A stretch of 64,000 bases of DNA from Octopus vulgaris (GCA_951406725.2 OX597819.1:120776001-120840000), one strand, 5' to 3'; counted from the first letter of the stretch, positions 29,766-42,650 are shown. A program made the numbers and translations. Notes: generated by a model not told the origin, from the sequence alone.

Positions 29766-30111
29766 ATATATTATGGTATTGTACACCAGAAAATGGAATA
29801 CGTCGTTATCCAGCTTAATCCTGTGTAACTCATTAACCGCTGCTCCAGCAGGGTAGTCACTGACTTCCTCTGCTTTCAGTGGGAATTCCTCCTGCCTTTT
29901 AAGATCCATTTCCACATGTCTTTCTGCCTTTGAGACCAGCCTCCTTGTGAACGCTGGCTGTTTGGTGTACACACTCTAACAGAGCGATTTGACACTCGAT
30001 CTTTCCATTTTCTTATACTGTATTTACTTACCGGACTTACCCATTGAAAAGGAGAAATAGACCCCTTCAAATTGACACTGCATAACGATATATTTAGGTA
30101 TTATTTCCTAT

Positions 30112-30259
30112 AGGCGTAGGAGTGGCAGTGTGGTAAGTAGCTGGTTCCGGGTTCAGTCCTACTGCGTGGCACCTTAGTCAAGTGTCTTCTACTAGAGCAT
30201 CGGGCCGACCAAAGACTTGTTAGTGGATCTGGTAGACGGAAACTGAAAGAAGCCCGTCG

Positions 30260-30336
<77 letters not shown>

Positions 30337-30540
30337 TTGTGAGTCTGTGTTTGTTCCCCAAATATCGCTTGACAACCGATGCTGGTGTGTGTGTTTCCGT
30401 TCCCGTAACTTAGCGGTTCGGCAATAGACAGCGATAGAATAAGTACCAGGATTACAAAGAATAAGTCCTGGGCGCGATTTACTCGACCAAAGGCGGTGCT
30501 ACAGCATGGCCACAGTCAAATGAATGAAACAAGTAAAAAA
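30112..30540 (+). mobile_element. SINE family B
   Basis: Complete head, internal (TA)n(TG)n, tail. Confidence 0.87.
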
Positions 30541-30759
30541 GTACCTGGACATGGTGCAAATTTTCCGGAGATACCAAAGGTGGAACTGGTAAAATTTCAC
30601 CTTGTTCGTGTTACCATAAGCAGTTACCTCTAACCTATAGACAACCATAGTTAAGACGCCTGACACTAAACTTTGTGTTGTAGAAAGATTGCAAGGTTCT
30701 TATCAAAGACTGCGTACATATTATATCGTCCCTTTTGACGAACCTCTAGTTTATGGGGA

Positions 30760-30896
30760 CATAAACATATCAAGATAGTTGCAAAACGATGGGGAGAGGG
30801 TCACATACACACACGCTTGTGCAAGCGCGCACACACACACACACACACACACCAATACATACAAACATACACTAAAACTCGAAAGGAGCCCGCCGT

Positions 30897-30931
<35 letters not shown>

Positions 30932-30979
30932 AATATATATGTGTGTGTATGTGTGTATGTATGAATATGTGTGTATATA

Positions 30980-31035
<56 letters not shown>

Positions 31036-31135
31036 TGGCTTGTTTCTTTCGGGCTTTTGTCGGCCCAAGGCTATAATAGAAGATACTTGCCTAAGGTGCC
31101 ACGTTGTGCGACTGAACCTGGAAACATTTAGTTGA
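30760..31135 (-). mobile_element. degenerate SINE family B
   Basis: AGATACTTGCCTAAGGTGCCACG, CCCGCCGTATAT and internal microsatellites. Confidence 0.65.
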
Positions 31136-31302
31136 GTAAGAAATCAAGGTGTTTTATGTCTTTACTGAACACTAAAGTAATTTATCAAGGTTATTATGTT
31201 GTATTATATAGGTACTCCATTTTTACCTGGTAACAAAAAAGGACTTCATTGAAGTACACTTGAAACTTACCTTTTCATAATTGTTACAAATAGTGTATTA
31301 TT

Positions 31303-31614
31303 TTTTTTTATGCACCCTTTTCAAGCCTAGCCAGCCTCATGGGCGCGGTTTCCCGGTTTCTATGGCGTATGTGTTCCTGCCTGCTGGACGGGACGCCCGT
31401 CCATCGCAGCGCCATTCAAGAAACAGAAAGAAAGAGTGCGAGAAACGCGGGGCGAAAGAGTACGACAGGTGTCGCCAACAACCCCTGCCGGAGCCTCATG
31501 GAGCTTTAGGTGTTTTCGCTCAATAAATACACACAACGCCCGGTCTGGGAATCGAGACCGCGATCCTACGACCACGAGTCCGCCGCCCTAACCACTGGGC
31601 CATTGCGCCTCCAC
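31303..31614 (-). mobile_element. SINE family C with V-domain-like tail, poly(A) and TSD
   Basis: GTGGAGGCGCAATGGCCCAGTGGTTAGGG head; GCGATGGACGGGCGTCCCGTCCAG; A-tail; ATAGTGTATT on both flanks. Confidence 0.88.
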
Positions 31615-31647
31615 ACAGATAGTGTATTGCGTACATTTATTTATATA

Positions 31648-31843
31648 TGAGGGGTGAGTGTAGGCTGATAATAGAAACCAGAGAAGAATCAGTTAATTAG
31701 CACATATCCCCCTCCAAGATTCGCACTCTCATTGCAGCGGTCCTTCAGTTTTTGTAAACCCTGTAAAATAATTCGGAATGTTGAGTCCCCAACCAGGCCC
31801 TTTGTGACATACTGAAAGCCAGGAACTTTTCAACACACCCTTG
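31648..31843. mobile_element. short mariner-derived MITE
   Basis: TA|TGAGGGGTG ... AAAGCCAGGAACTTTTCAACACACCCTTG|TA; minus strand GLQKLKDRCNE..LGGGYV resembles a mariner C-terminus. Confidence 0.6.
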
Positions 31844-31982
31844 TACATGGGTAGTTTAATATTCTGAATATATTGCTTAAGCTCTATAAAAATAAATCTG
31901 TGGTATTTAACGCCCCAATTATTAACATGTCGTTAAACTCCATTATATCATTATTTCAACACAAAAGCTATAAATGAAATGA

Positions 31983-32350
31983 GTGGAGGCGCAATGGCCC
32001 AGTGGTTAGGGCAGCGGACTCGCGGTCATAGTATCGCGGTTTCGATTCCCAGACCGGGCGTTGTGAGTGTTTATTGACTGAAAACACCTAAAGCTCCACG
32101 AGGCTCCGGCAGGGGATGATGGTGATCCCTGCTGTACACTTTCACCACAACTTTCTCTCACTCTTACTTCCTGTTTCTGTTGTACCTGTATTTCAAAGGA
32201 CCGGCCTTGTCACTCTCTGTGTCACGCTGAATATCCACGAGAACTACGTTAAGGGTACACGTGTCTGTGGAGTGCTCAGCCACTTACACGTTAATTTCAC
32301 GATTCGGATCAACAGGAACCCTCGTCGTCGTAACCGACGGAGTGCTTCCA
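31983..32350 (+). mobile_element. SINE family C head + alternative tail (CAAAGG..GTAACCGACGGAGTGC)
   Basis: Same head as 31303-31614 but a different 3' half; AAATGAAATGA on both flanks. Confidence 0.85.
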
Positions 32351-32832
32351 TATCCAAATGAAATGAAATCGCAGGCGCGCGCGCACACACACACACACAC
32401 ACAGATACACATACACACACACAAACATGAATTGGTTAAAACGGCTGCTCAGAAGAACATATTAGAAATAACAGAAAAACATTTCACAGGTACTTCATAA
32501 CTATTATTCTTCACCTGTTTCTACGATTATTATATAGACATCATTCATATTTTAGTTCTTTAAATTCTTTAAAGATGCGGTCATGCTGGGGCACCGTTGT
32601 TGAATTGCATAATTATTATATATTAAAATACACAGTACTGCTTTAAATTTGATGCCGAAGAGACGTTAGTATATTTGCAATAGAAACAGTTGTAGAGCTT
32701 CGAAATATCTGATGTCTACGAAATGTTTGCTTTTCATACACACTCTCCTACTCTTTCTCTATACGTTTGTGATCTGTGGGCGTTTACCAGCGTGCATATG
32801 TGCGTTTGTTTTTAAGAATGTATGTCTGTATA

Positions 32833-33125
32833 GTGGAGGCGCAATGGCCCAGTGGTTAGGGCAGCGGACTCGCGGTCGAAGGATCGCGGTTTCGATTCCC
32901 AGACCGGGCGTTCTGTGTCTATTGAATGAAAACATCTGAAGCTCCGCGAGGCTCCGGCGACCCCTGTTGTACTCTTTCGCCCCAAATTTCTCTCACTCTT
33001 TCTTCTTGTTTCTTGAATAACGTGGCGATGGACTAACGTCCCGTACAGCTGGTGGGGGGAGAACACATATACCATAGACACCGGGAAACCGGGCCCATGA
33101 GCCTGGCTAGGCTTGAAAAAGGCGC
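32833..33125 (+). mobile_element. SINE family C with V-domain-like tail
   Basis: Full-length homologue of the minus copy at 31303-31614. Confidence 0.87.
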
Positions 33126-33138
33126 ATTATTATTATTG

Positions 33139-34749
33139 TTGTTACTATTCTTATACACACAACAAATCAGACTGCTGGAGAAGAGAAAAATCCTAACATC
33201 GGGTAACAAGAATTGATTATAGATGCCAAGAATCCTTCTAAATACCTTAGCTGTCCCTAATAGCACTGTTTTCTGGAGCTTTACTAAACTGGGTTTTATG
33301 CCTATTTCTGTTGATATTAACATTCCCTAATAGTGTGTCACCTGAGTAGAGATCTACTTTCCATTCCTTCATGCTAAAGCTAATTAATTCTCTTACGTTG
33401 TCTGCTACATTGAACATACTCAAACATTCACTTATCCATGAGTGTGGGATCATATCATAGGCTTTCCTATAATTTATCCATGCTTTTGTTAGATTTTTCT
33501 TTCTGACTTTTACTTCATATAGAACTGCTTTGTTTATATATAATATATTATGCATTCCTCTAGCCTTCTTCCTACAACCTTTCTGTTCTTCTGATAGTAA
33601 ATTCTGGTTGTCAAGTTACTCGTAAAGGCTTTCTGAAAGCATTCCTGTTAACAACTTCCACACTAATGGTAAGCAAGGGAGTGGTCTATAGTTGCTAGCT
33701 GTATTACTATTGCTCTTATCCTTCATAATGAGTATTGCTCTCCCTCTAGTCATCCAATCTACTGTTATTCCTCCATTAAGACAATCCTGATATTTTCCCC
33801 TCAGCCTTCCATGTAAACTACTAAATTTCTTTAACCAGTATCTTTGAACTATATCTGGTCCTGGGCCCTTCAAATTCGGCATTTTTCCTAACACTTTACT
33901 CATTAATGCACTAGTTAATCTTAGAACTGGCTGCTTCTCACTCACTACTTCTTCCCTCACTTTCTTTAACCATTCTGCATCTCCATTATGATTGACTGGT
34001 TTATCCTAAACTCAAGAACTTTCTAGCTTCTTCTGCATTAGGTATCTCATCTTCAGTACTTCGTTTTCCACTATTTATTTGGTTATAAAATCTCCTCTGG
34101 TCTGTCTTAAATAATCTGTTCTGTCGATACTGATCTATTCTTTTCTGATATCTGGAGAGCTTGTCTGCTGCTGCTGTGATACGCCGTTTCAACTCATCTA
34201 TTACTGTCCCGAATCCCTCCTCTTTGACTAAATATAATTTCTCGAGAGACGATTTGCATCTTGTGTTTCCTAACTTTTTCACTTTCCAGGTTTCTACTCT
34301 ACTGAGATCTTGTCTTAAAGACATCACATTTTTTTGCAGTCTCCTTGTCCACATTTTCTCATTTTAATCTTTCCATGGGAGATATTTAAGCTTCTGGGGA
34401 CTTCTACCCCTCCTGCATAGATCAATACGTTAGTGTCTTTCCCAGTCATTTCTAGAAGCTTCATTCTATTGATGTCTTTTTTTTGCTGGCAATCTTTTTC
34501 TTACTTCTTTACTCATTACTTCCTGCAACTTGTGTAAAATCTTCTGATCTTCCCCACTTTTAAGTCATTGGTGCCAGTCGTCCCTTTCTTAATTGTAGTT
34601 CTATTATTATTTTTTTCTTTAGTTTCTTCTTTGGTTTGAGCTGTGTCTCTTATGTTGTTACTTGTCTTTCCTACTGCCAAGTCTTTCTTTCCCAGTTCTG
34701 CTGTGATCTCATCCACCTCCAATTGCGTCATCCTCTTTTTTCTCGGTAT
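33139..34749 (-). mobile_element. R4/Dong-like non-LTR retrotransposon, 5'-truncated and internally deleted
   Basis: YRQNRLFKTDQRRFY, MPNLKGPGPD..YWLK, ASNYRPLPCLPLVWKLLTG, AWINYRKAYDMIPHSWI (RT N-half), then the C-terminal LQKTVLLGTAKVFRRILG; stops and frameshifts; CATTATTATTATTG at 33125-33138 and 34750-34763. Confidence 0.9.
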
Positions 34750-34763
34750 CATTATTATTATTG

Positions 34764-35316
34764 AATGAGAGAGCAGTGCATGCCATCAGAGTAACACTAG
34801 GGTAAAATATGCGAAGCCCAGTATACCCATCATGACTACCCGTCTGATAAGGGTACACTAGGCACTTGCATCACAACCATATGTACGCGACGTGGTGATC
34901 TCATATCAAGATAAAGAGCGCATGACCTTGCAGGTGAGGCCCAGTTAGAATTTCCTTCTGGTCGAGTAGCCCATCCCGCTCAAAAGGTACCTGAATAAGG
35001 GTTGTTTAAGGATGTTGAACGAAACACCCATGTTTCCAGAGGTGAATTATTCAAACCCCAAAGAATCCCTCTCAACTCATGGCTATGATGCACCCCCACT
35101 ACTTCTGCTCGTGATCAGAGATGCACATATCGTCAGCCACTAAGGGACATGCTCAACTGGTTAAGGTCAAACAACTGACAAGCAAATCTGTGGTATTGAG
35201 CAGAATATTTGCTGTAGCCCATCTTTTATACCAAGACAAAACAATGTACATGATATCACTTCCAATCAGTTAAGATCAGAAGCCACGAGAGCCACTTCTT
35301 GGTACTGCATCAGGGC
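34764..35316 (-). mobile_element. ~550-bp non-coding interspersed element bounded by (AAT)n
   Basis: Complex, undecayed-looking sequence from (AAT)GCCCTGATGCAGTACC to GCACTGCTCTCTCATTC(AAT)n; its 5' end is repeated at 35385-35448. Orientation inferred. Confidence 0.6.
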
Positions 35317-35351
35317 ATTATATGTTGTACTAATGAATGTCTAAAAAAAAA

Positions 35352-35384
<33 letters not shown>

Positions 35385-35448
35385 CAGAAGCCACGAGAGC
35401 CACTTCTTGGTACTGCATCAGAGCATAAACCTGGTACTGCATCAGGGC

Positions 35449-35486
35449 ATTATTATTATTATTATTATCACTATTATTGTTATTAA

Positions 35487-35573
<87 letters not shown>
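35449..35573. repeat. (ATT)n microsatellite
   Basis: Direct repeat. Confidence 0.97.
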
Positions 35574-35575
<2 letters not shown>

Positions 35576-35632
35576 GCATCTTATTAATACATTGCATGTA
35601 CCACGTTTTCTCTTACCTTTTCTCCGTTTTTT

Positions 35633-35677
<45 letters not shown>

Positions 35678-35793
35678 TATTCTTTCATTGTTATATTGTT
35701 TTCCTTGTTTCAGTCAGTTGATTGCGGCCATACTGGAGCACCACCTTTTAGTCGAACAAATCGACCCGAGAACTTATTTGTATCCATCCATCC

Positions 35794-35939
<146 letters not shown>

Positions 35940-35971
35940 ATACATACAACCATATATATGTCGCTGTGTTG

Positions 35972-36006
<35 letters not shown>

Positions 36007-36757
36007 CTATATGAGAAGGAGAACCACATCAGCACCTGTACTCTTATTCATGAGGCAGGTCAGTTCCTGCGTGTCCCGATTAGCATTTCCTACAAATTAC
36101 CATAGACTGTTATATGTCTGCTCAGTACATCAATGAGGATTCTTTCTATGACGAAGCCCTAAAAGGCCAAGAGACTGGTCAGTTCTAAGAAAAGATTTTT
36201 TTTCGCCCGGGGAGAAACAAATCGTGTGATGTAAACATTTTGTTTGTCATAGTAATGTTAAAATGTTTTTATAACGACAAAGATGTAAATTATATATAGA
36301 AAAATAAAACTGACAAAATATAAAAAAGACGATACAAATTTAAACGAGTGCAGGTCTCGAGAATTCCCTATCTATAAAAAAATATGTGCGCGTTTTATCT
36401 TTTTACTTGCTTCAGTCATTGGACTATGGCCATGCTGGTGCACCGCCTTAAAGGGCTTAGTTGAAGTAATCGACTCCAATGCTTATATTTTTGTTTAAAG
36501 TCTAGTACTGTCCTACCCGTCACGTTTGGACAGATAGAATATCCGTCTTACGGAAACCTAAGTGAAAAACAGAGTTTCTCAAGCGGTGATGGTGATTCGA
36601 CGGGTCTCTTCCATTTTGGTCAGTAGTATCTACACAATGCCGGCCCTTGCCTATGTCAGAAGACATTTGCCCAAGGTGCCACGTAGCGGGATTGAAAACA
36701 GAACCTTGTTGTCGGGAAGCAAACTTCTTGTCACAAAGTATTGAGTAATCTTTCAAA

Positions 36758-37760
36758 GGCGGTGAGCAGGCAGAAACGTTAGCAAGGTGTCTGCCTTTAC
36801 GTTCAGAGTTCAAATTCCGCCGAGGTTGACTTTGCTTTTCATCATTTCGGGGTCGATAAATTAAGTACCAGTTGCGTACCGGGTCCATCAATCGATTGCC
36901 TCTCTCTACAAAAATTTCAGACCTTGTGCGTAGAATAGAAAGGAATATAAACACGCACCAGGACGGCGAGCTGGCAGAACCGTTAGCACGCCGGGCGAAA
37001 TGCTTAGCGGTATTTCGTCTGGCGGCGAGCTGGCAGAAACGTTTGCACGCCGGTCGAAATGCTTAGCGGTATTTCGTCTGGCGGCGAGCTGGCAGAATCG
37101 TTAGCATGCCGGTCGAAATGCTTAGCGGTATTTCGTCTGCCGTTACGTTGTGAGTTCAAATTCCGCCGAGGTCGACTTTGCCTTTCATCCTTTAGGGGTC
37201 GATAAATTAAGTACCAGTTACGCACTGGGGTCGATGTAATCGACTTAATCTCTTTGTCTGTCCTTGTTTGTCCCCTCAATGTTTAGCCCCTTGTGGGTAA
37301 TAAAGAAATAAGAACTACAAGCACGCCGGGCGAAATGATTATGGGTATTTCGTCTGTCGCTACGTTCTGAGTTTAAATTCCGCCGAGGTCGATTCTGCCT
37401 TTCATCCTTTCGGGGTCGATAAATTAAGTACCAGTTATGCACTGGGGTCGATATAATCGACTTAATCCGTTTGTCTGTCCTTGTTTGTCCTCTCTGTGTT
37501 TAGCTACTTGTGGGTAGTAAAGAAATAGGTATTTCGTCTGCCGTTACGTTCTGAGTTAAAATTCCGCCGAGGTCGATTTTGCTTTTCATCCTTTCCGGGT
37601 CTATAAATTAAGTACCAGTTGCGTACTTGCATCCAGCTAATCGACTGGCCCCTCCATCAAAATTTCGTGCCTTGTTCATAGAGTAGAAAAGAATATAAAT
37701 ACACTTTAATGTGGTGAGCTGGCAGAAACGTTAGCACGCCGGGCCTTGTACTTAGAGAAG
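36758..37760 (+). mobile_element. SINE family A cluster with triplicated head
   Basis: A monomer with tail 2, then a 59-bp head x3, then core+tail1, core+tail1, core+tail2. Confidence 0.9.
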
Positions 37761-37871
37761 AGCATTGAGTAATCGTTCAGCTTAACGTTGTTTCATTTTT
37801 TTAAATATATAACATAACGTAAAGCAAACATTAAAACCTTAATGTTGCACAAATGCATGTATATATATATG

Positions 37872-37924
<53 letters not shown>

Positions 37925-38348
37925 ATGTGTGTGTAGATCCTTATCTTCGATACACTTGTATATGCACAACCTGCACTCGAATATTATGACGAGCGACTAT
38001 TAACAACGGCATAAACGAAAGAGTTTCAACCGAGAAGCGAAAACGCGCAGCCAACTTTGATATTCGATACAGAAAGTAACTGTCACCTTCATTTCACTTT
38101 AAATTTTGGCAATTATACGAGATGGCTGGCCAGAACAATTTCTGTGAGAAACTTTCGTGTCATTTCCTTAATTCTCTCATCGCAAAATCTATTCCATCAT
38201 TGGAGAAAGTTATAATTGCCATTAATAATTTCATTTCCTCTAGCCTGATTTACGATTTTATATTCACACTCTCTCTCCCTCTCACTCACTCACTTACTCA
38301 TTCATCTCTCTCTTTCTCTCCCAATTTAACACGAGCACGCATTATGAT

Positions 38349-38382
<34 letters not shown>

Positions 38383-38906
38383 AATACATACATACATATA
38401 TATGTATATATGTCAAAACTTAAGAATATATGTAGATTGCGCATACATAATTCTGTAATGTTCAGGTAGATATATCTTTATAGATCATAATGTATATACA
38501 TATACACATCATATGTTGTACGTAGATATATTATAAATAATTGTACATATATATACACATTTATATTCAAGTGAACATATCTCTATATACATATATATGT
38601 ATATTTATATACACATTGTCATACATACACATACGCACATACAAACACGCACATATAGCTAAGTTTTATGCATACACGTATATGGATATATGTATATATA
38701 AATGCATATTATATGTTAGTGCATAGATACATATACACATATATCATCTCGTACATATATCCATAAATAAATATTTATATTTATCTATATATCTATTAAT
38801 ATATTTCACACGTGAATATGTGTGCAATTACGTGTATCTAACGTAGAAGAGTACTAGAAAAGTTGTAACATCGTATTTAAATAGTATGTGTATATATCTG
38901 TGTGTT

Positions 38907-38948
<42 letters not shown>

Positions 38949-39229
38949 TGTGCGTGTGTATGTATGTATATATAAGTATATATGCATATGCACGTGTGTG
39001 TTTGCAATGTATACACACAACTATTTAGAAACGTTTCCCATTTGCAATTTACGTACAAACATATCTTTGTGCATATAGGTATATACATGCACGATGATAT
39101 ATGAATATATGCGATGAATATGTACGTGTGATGTACATTTACAATTTATATATACCCACTCATTGTTCATTACCTTCTAAACCCTTACCCGAGTACATCT
39201 CTTTCTTTCTCACTCTGTGTCTCTGTCTC

Positions 39230-39280
<51 letters not shown>

Positions 39281-39648
39281 ACACACACACACACATATAC
39301 ATTCTCACAAAAATACACACTATACACGCACATGCATACTCATGCACACATACATAGGTATACACGCATAGATACAAACGTATAAACATACATTCGTACC
39401 TTCGTAAAACTATACATTCATATACATACATAGATATATACATATATATATATACATATATTTATATCAATATATATATATATACATACATACAAACATA
39501 CATACAGACACACACGTATATATATACATGTAATGTACTTATATACATTATATGTATATATGTACATAAACATATGCAGGTGTACACTCTTAGTGTAAAC
39601 ATACAAACGTATATATACATACACACAGATATATTTATGAAAATATAT

Positions 39649-39679
<31 letters not shown>

Positions 39680-41329
39680 TATACACATATATACATACAT
39701 ATATACATGCATACGTACGCATGCTTTTGTGTTTATGTAATTGTGGCATGGATAGAAATTAGAATATTATCTTGATGTATGTAGAGCGGCACATCAAACC
39801 CCTAATCCGGTCGTTAAATTCATAAACAAAATCTGAATTTCCTTAAGTTATTAAGATATAGAGGAAGCTGTGTACGATTGTCTCTGCGAATGAACACACG
39901 TATTAGTTAATGGGAGAGTAGGTGTGAACGGCAGCGGCGGCGGTGGGGGCGGAAAAGAAGTAGAGATGAGGAGGAATATAAACATCACACACTGGCTTTA
40001 TTTGTATACAATATCAACCGAAATAACAGAGTGTCGACATTAATAAGTACATCAACAACATCACAACAAACAGCATAATAAATGAGTGTGAACAATGACA
40101 ATATTTCGAAATATGTGAAAATATATAACGTTGATTATAAAAGAAATCAAAAATGACTATAATAAATAAATAGTAACAACGACTAGTGCGTCAATAACAA
40201 CAACGACAACAATAATAGTAGTTGCTTGTAATCTTAATACAATCAAAAATACCATCAATAAACAAGACACTGTCGTCGTATAAGAAAAACATTTAAACAC
40301 ATCGACGAACACACGGTTCTGTGATGAACAAAAGTAACAAGTTACAACAAAAACTTATATTATTTTAACTATAATAACATATGATGAGAATGATGAAAAA
40401 ACACTAATGGCGTTTTGCAGGGGGTAATTTTCGTTCATACCTCCTTGTTGTATATCCCTATTCCCCACAATCCCCTTCCACTGAGTGAAATCGCTCCTGT
40501 CACGTTGGTCGTGTTATGTCTGGGTTTCTTTATGATTTTCTCTTCGTCTTTTTTTTCCCCTCTCTTTCTCCCTCGCTTTTCTTCTCTCATCCATCGTTTC
40601 TATTCTTTGCGATTTTGTTTGTTTTTTTTTCTTTTCGTTTTCTTCTTCTTGTTGTTGTTTTTGTCCTTTCAATCATCTCCATCTTGCAATATATTCTTCC
40701 CGAGAGTTCTTCGTATTATTTACGCACAAACACACACACACACACATACACACATACACACACACACACATACACACACACACATACACACACACACACA
40801 CAAACAAACACCCACATATATGCACATATACACACACACACACATATATACATATGATTATATACACACACACACACATATATATGTACATACACAAATA
40901 TACATATATACATGCACACACATACATATTCATATGTGTATACATATGTATATAGAAATATACACAAAGATATATATATTTATATATACACATACATGCA
41001 TACATGCATATATACATACATAGAAATATACACAAAGATATATATACATACATACATACATACATACATACATACATACATACATGCATACATACATACA
41101 TACATACATACATACATACATGCATACATACATACATACATACATACATACATACATACATACATGCATACATACATACACACATACATACATACACACA
41201 TACATACATACATACATACATACATACATACATGCATACATACATACAAACATACATGCATACATACATACATACATACATGCATACATACATACACGCA
41301 TACATGCATACATAGAAAGGAAGGCGCGT

Positions 41330-41610
41330 GGTTTTGTGGTGTGGCGTTTCGAGGTAACACTCGTGAGATCGCGGCCTCGATTTCGACACATGCGTGTTGC
41401 ATTCTTGAGCTAGACAATTTATTGCATGATGGTCAAGTCCATTCACCTGTAAGTGGGAAGCACTGCGACGGAATAACTCTCCGAACTGGAGACAGGTTGA
41501 CCTAACTGAATTGCCAAGAGTGTGGTTTCATTCGAAAACTAAATCGCTACAAAGTGCATTGTGACCAGCGATGTATTACAGCATCCGATAGCCTGGTCGA
41601 TCACGTGATA
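41330..41610 (+). mobile_element. old SINE family D-like copy with a third tail type
   Basis: GGCGCGTGG head, TTCTTGAGCTAGACA, AGTCCATTCACCTG, CTGCGACGGA, ending CTGGTCGATCACGTGATA. Confidence 0.55.
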
Positions 41611-41614
41611 TACA

Positions 41615-41830
41615 TTATTTTATTCTTAGACTTGTTTCAGTAATTTGACTGCGGCCATGCTGGAGCTCCAGTTTTAGTCGAAGAAATCGACATTGGGACT
41701 TATTCTTTATAAGCCTTGTACTTATTCTATCGGTCTCATTTTGACGAACCGCTAACATATGAGGACGTAAACACACCAACATCGGTTGTCAAGTGATAGT
41801 GTGGGGACAAACACAAATGCAAACACACAA

Positions 41831-41874
<44 letters not shown>

Positions 41875-41910
41875 TCACAGATACCCACACTTATACATAC
41901 GTATACGACG
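41615..41910 (-). mobile_element. SINE family B 3' half
   Basis: CTTGTTTCAGT..TTTGACTGCGGCCATGCTGGAG, TACTTATTCTATCGGTCTC, CATCGGTTGTCAAG, TACGACGGGCTTCT. Confidence 0.82.
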
Positions 41911-42129
41911 GGCTTCTATCAGTTCTATCTTCGCAATGTTTAACCTTCAAATGACGCTGGATAAGCGAGCAGGCCAACAGAAGAGAGAGTGAGAGAAAGT
42001 TGGGGCAAAAGAGATCGCGAGTCCTCTGCCCTAACAGCTGGGCCATTACGCCGCCACACACACACACACACACACGCATATATATATATATGTATATATA
42101 TACATATATATAGTTCATATTTATAGATG

Positions 42130-42270
42130 AACAAAAGGTGAAGATAGGTGTAGAAACAATAAGCAGGTGTATTAGTTTGACGCTCGGGAAAATGGAAAAG
42201 TCGTTTACGTTTCGAGCCTACGCTCTTCGACAGAAAGAAATAAGAGGAAATAGAGAGAGAAGGAAAAAAT
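42130..42270 (-). mobile_element. Penelope-like terminal fragment, family P2, copy 1
   Basis: Minus CTGTCGA-AGAGC-GTAG-GCTC-GAAA-CG-TA; homologous to 44155-44330. Confidence 0.55.
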
Positions 42271-42369
42271 ACCTGCAGGGCTCAGCGTTCCAATGCACAC
42301 TCACAGCCACAGGCACAGATATGTATGTATATACATATATATGTGTGTCTGTGTGTGTGTGAGTGTCTG

Positions 42370-42650
42370 AGATTGCATCGCCTAGTGCTTAGGGTGTTGC
42401 ACTTGCGATCAAGCAACTGTGATTTCAGTTGCTAGACCGGGTTGTGCGGTGTGCTCTTGAGCAAAAGACTTCATCCCACGTCAGACTGCGACCACTTCGA
42501 CACCTGACACGTGGCACACAGTGCGCTTGTTCAGACCGCGTCGATTTGATGGAGAAAGTGAGCTAGCATACATCATGAACATTCGATCATTATATGCAAA
42601 TCATTTGGATCGTTCGGCAAAAAGCTGAACACAAAACTCATACAACGTCT
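42370..42650 (+). mobile_element. old tRNA-derived SINE with a fourth tail type
   Basis: GCCTAGTGCTTAGGGTG head, GACCGGG, CTCTTGAGCAAAAGACTT core, unrelated tail. Confidence 0.5.

Noticed and set aside
35230-35316. HDV-like or hammerhead ribozyme at the 5' end of the 550-bp element
   Set aside because: CTGATGC is not a hammerhead core, and I could not assemble the HDV P1-P4 pairings by eye; left as a computational check.
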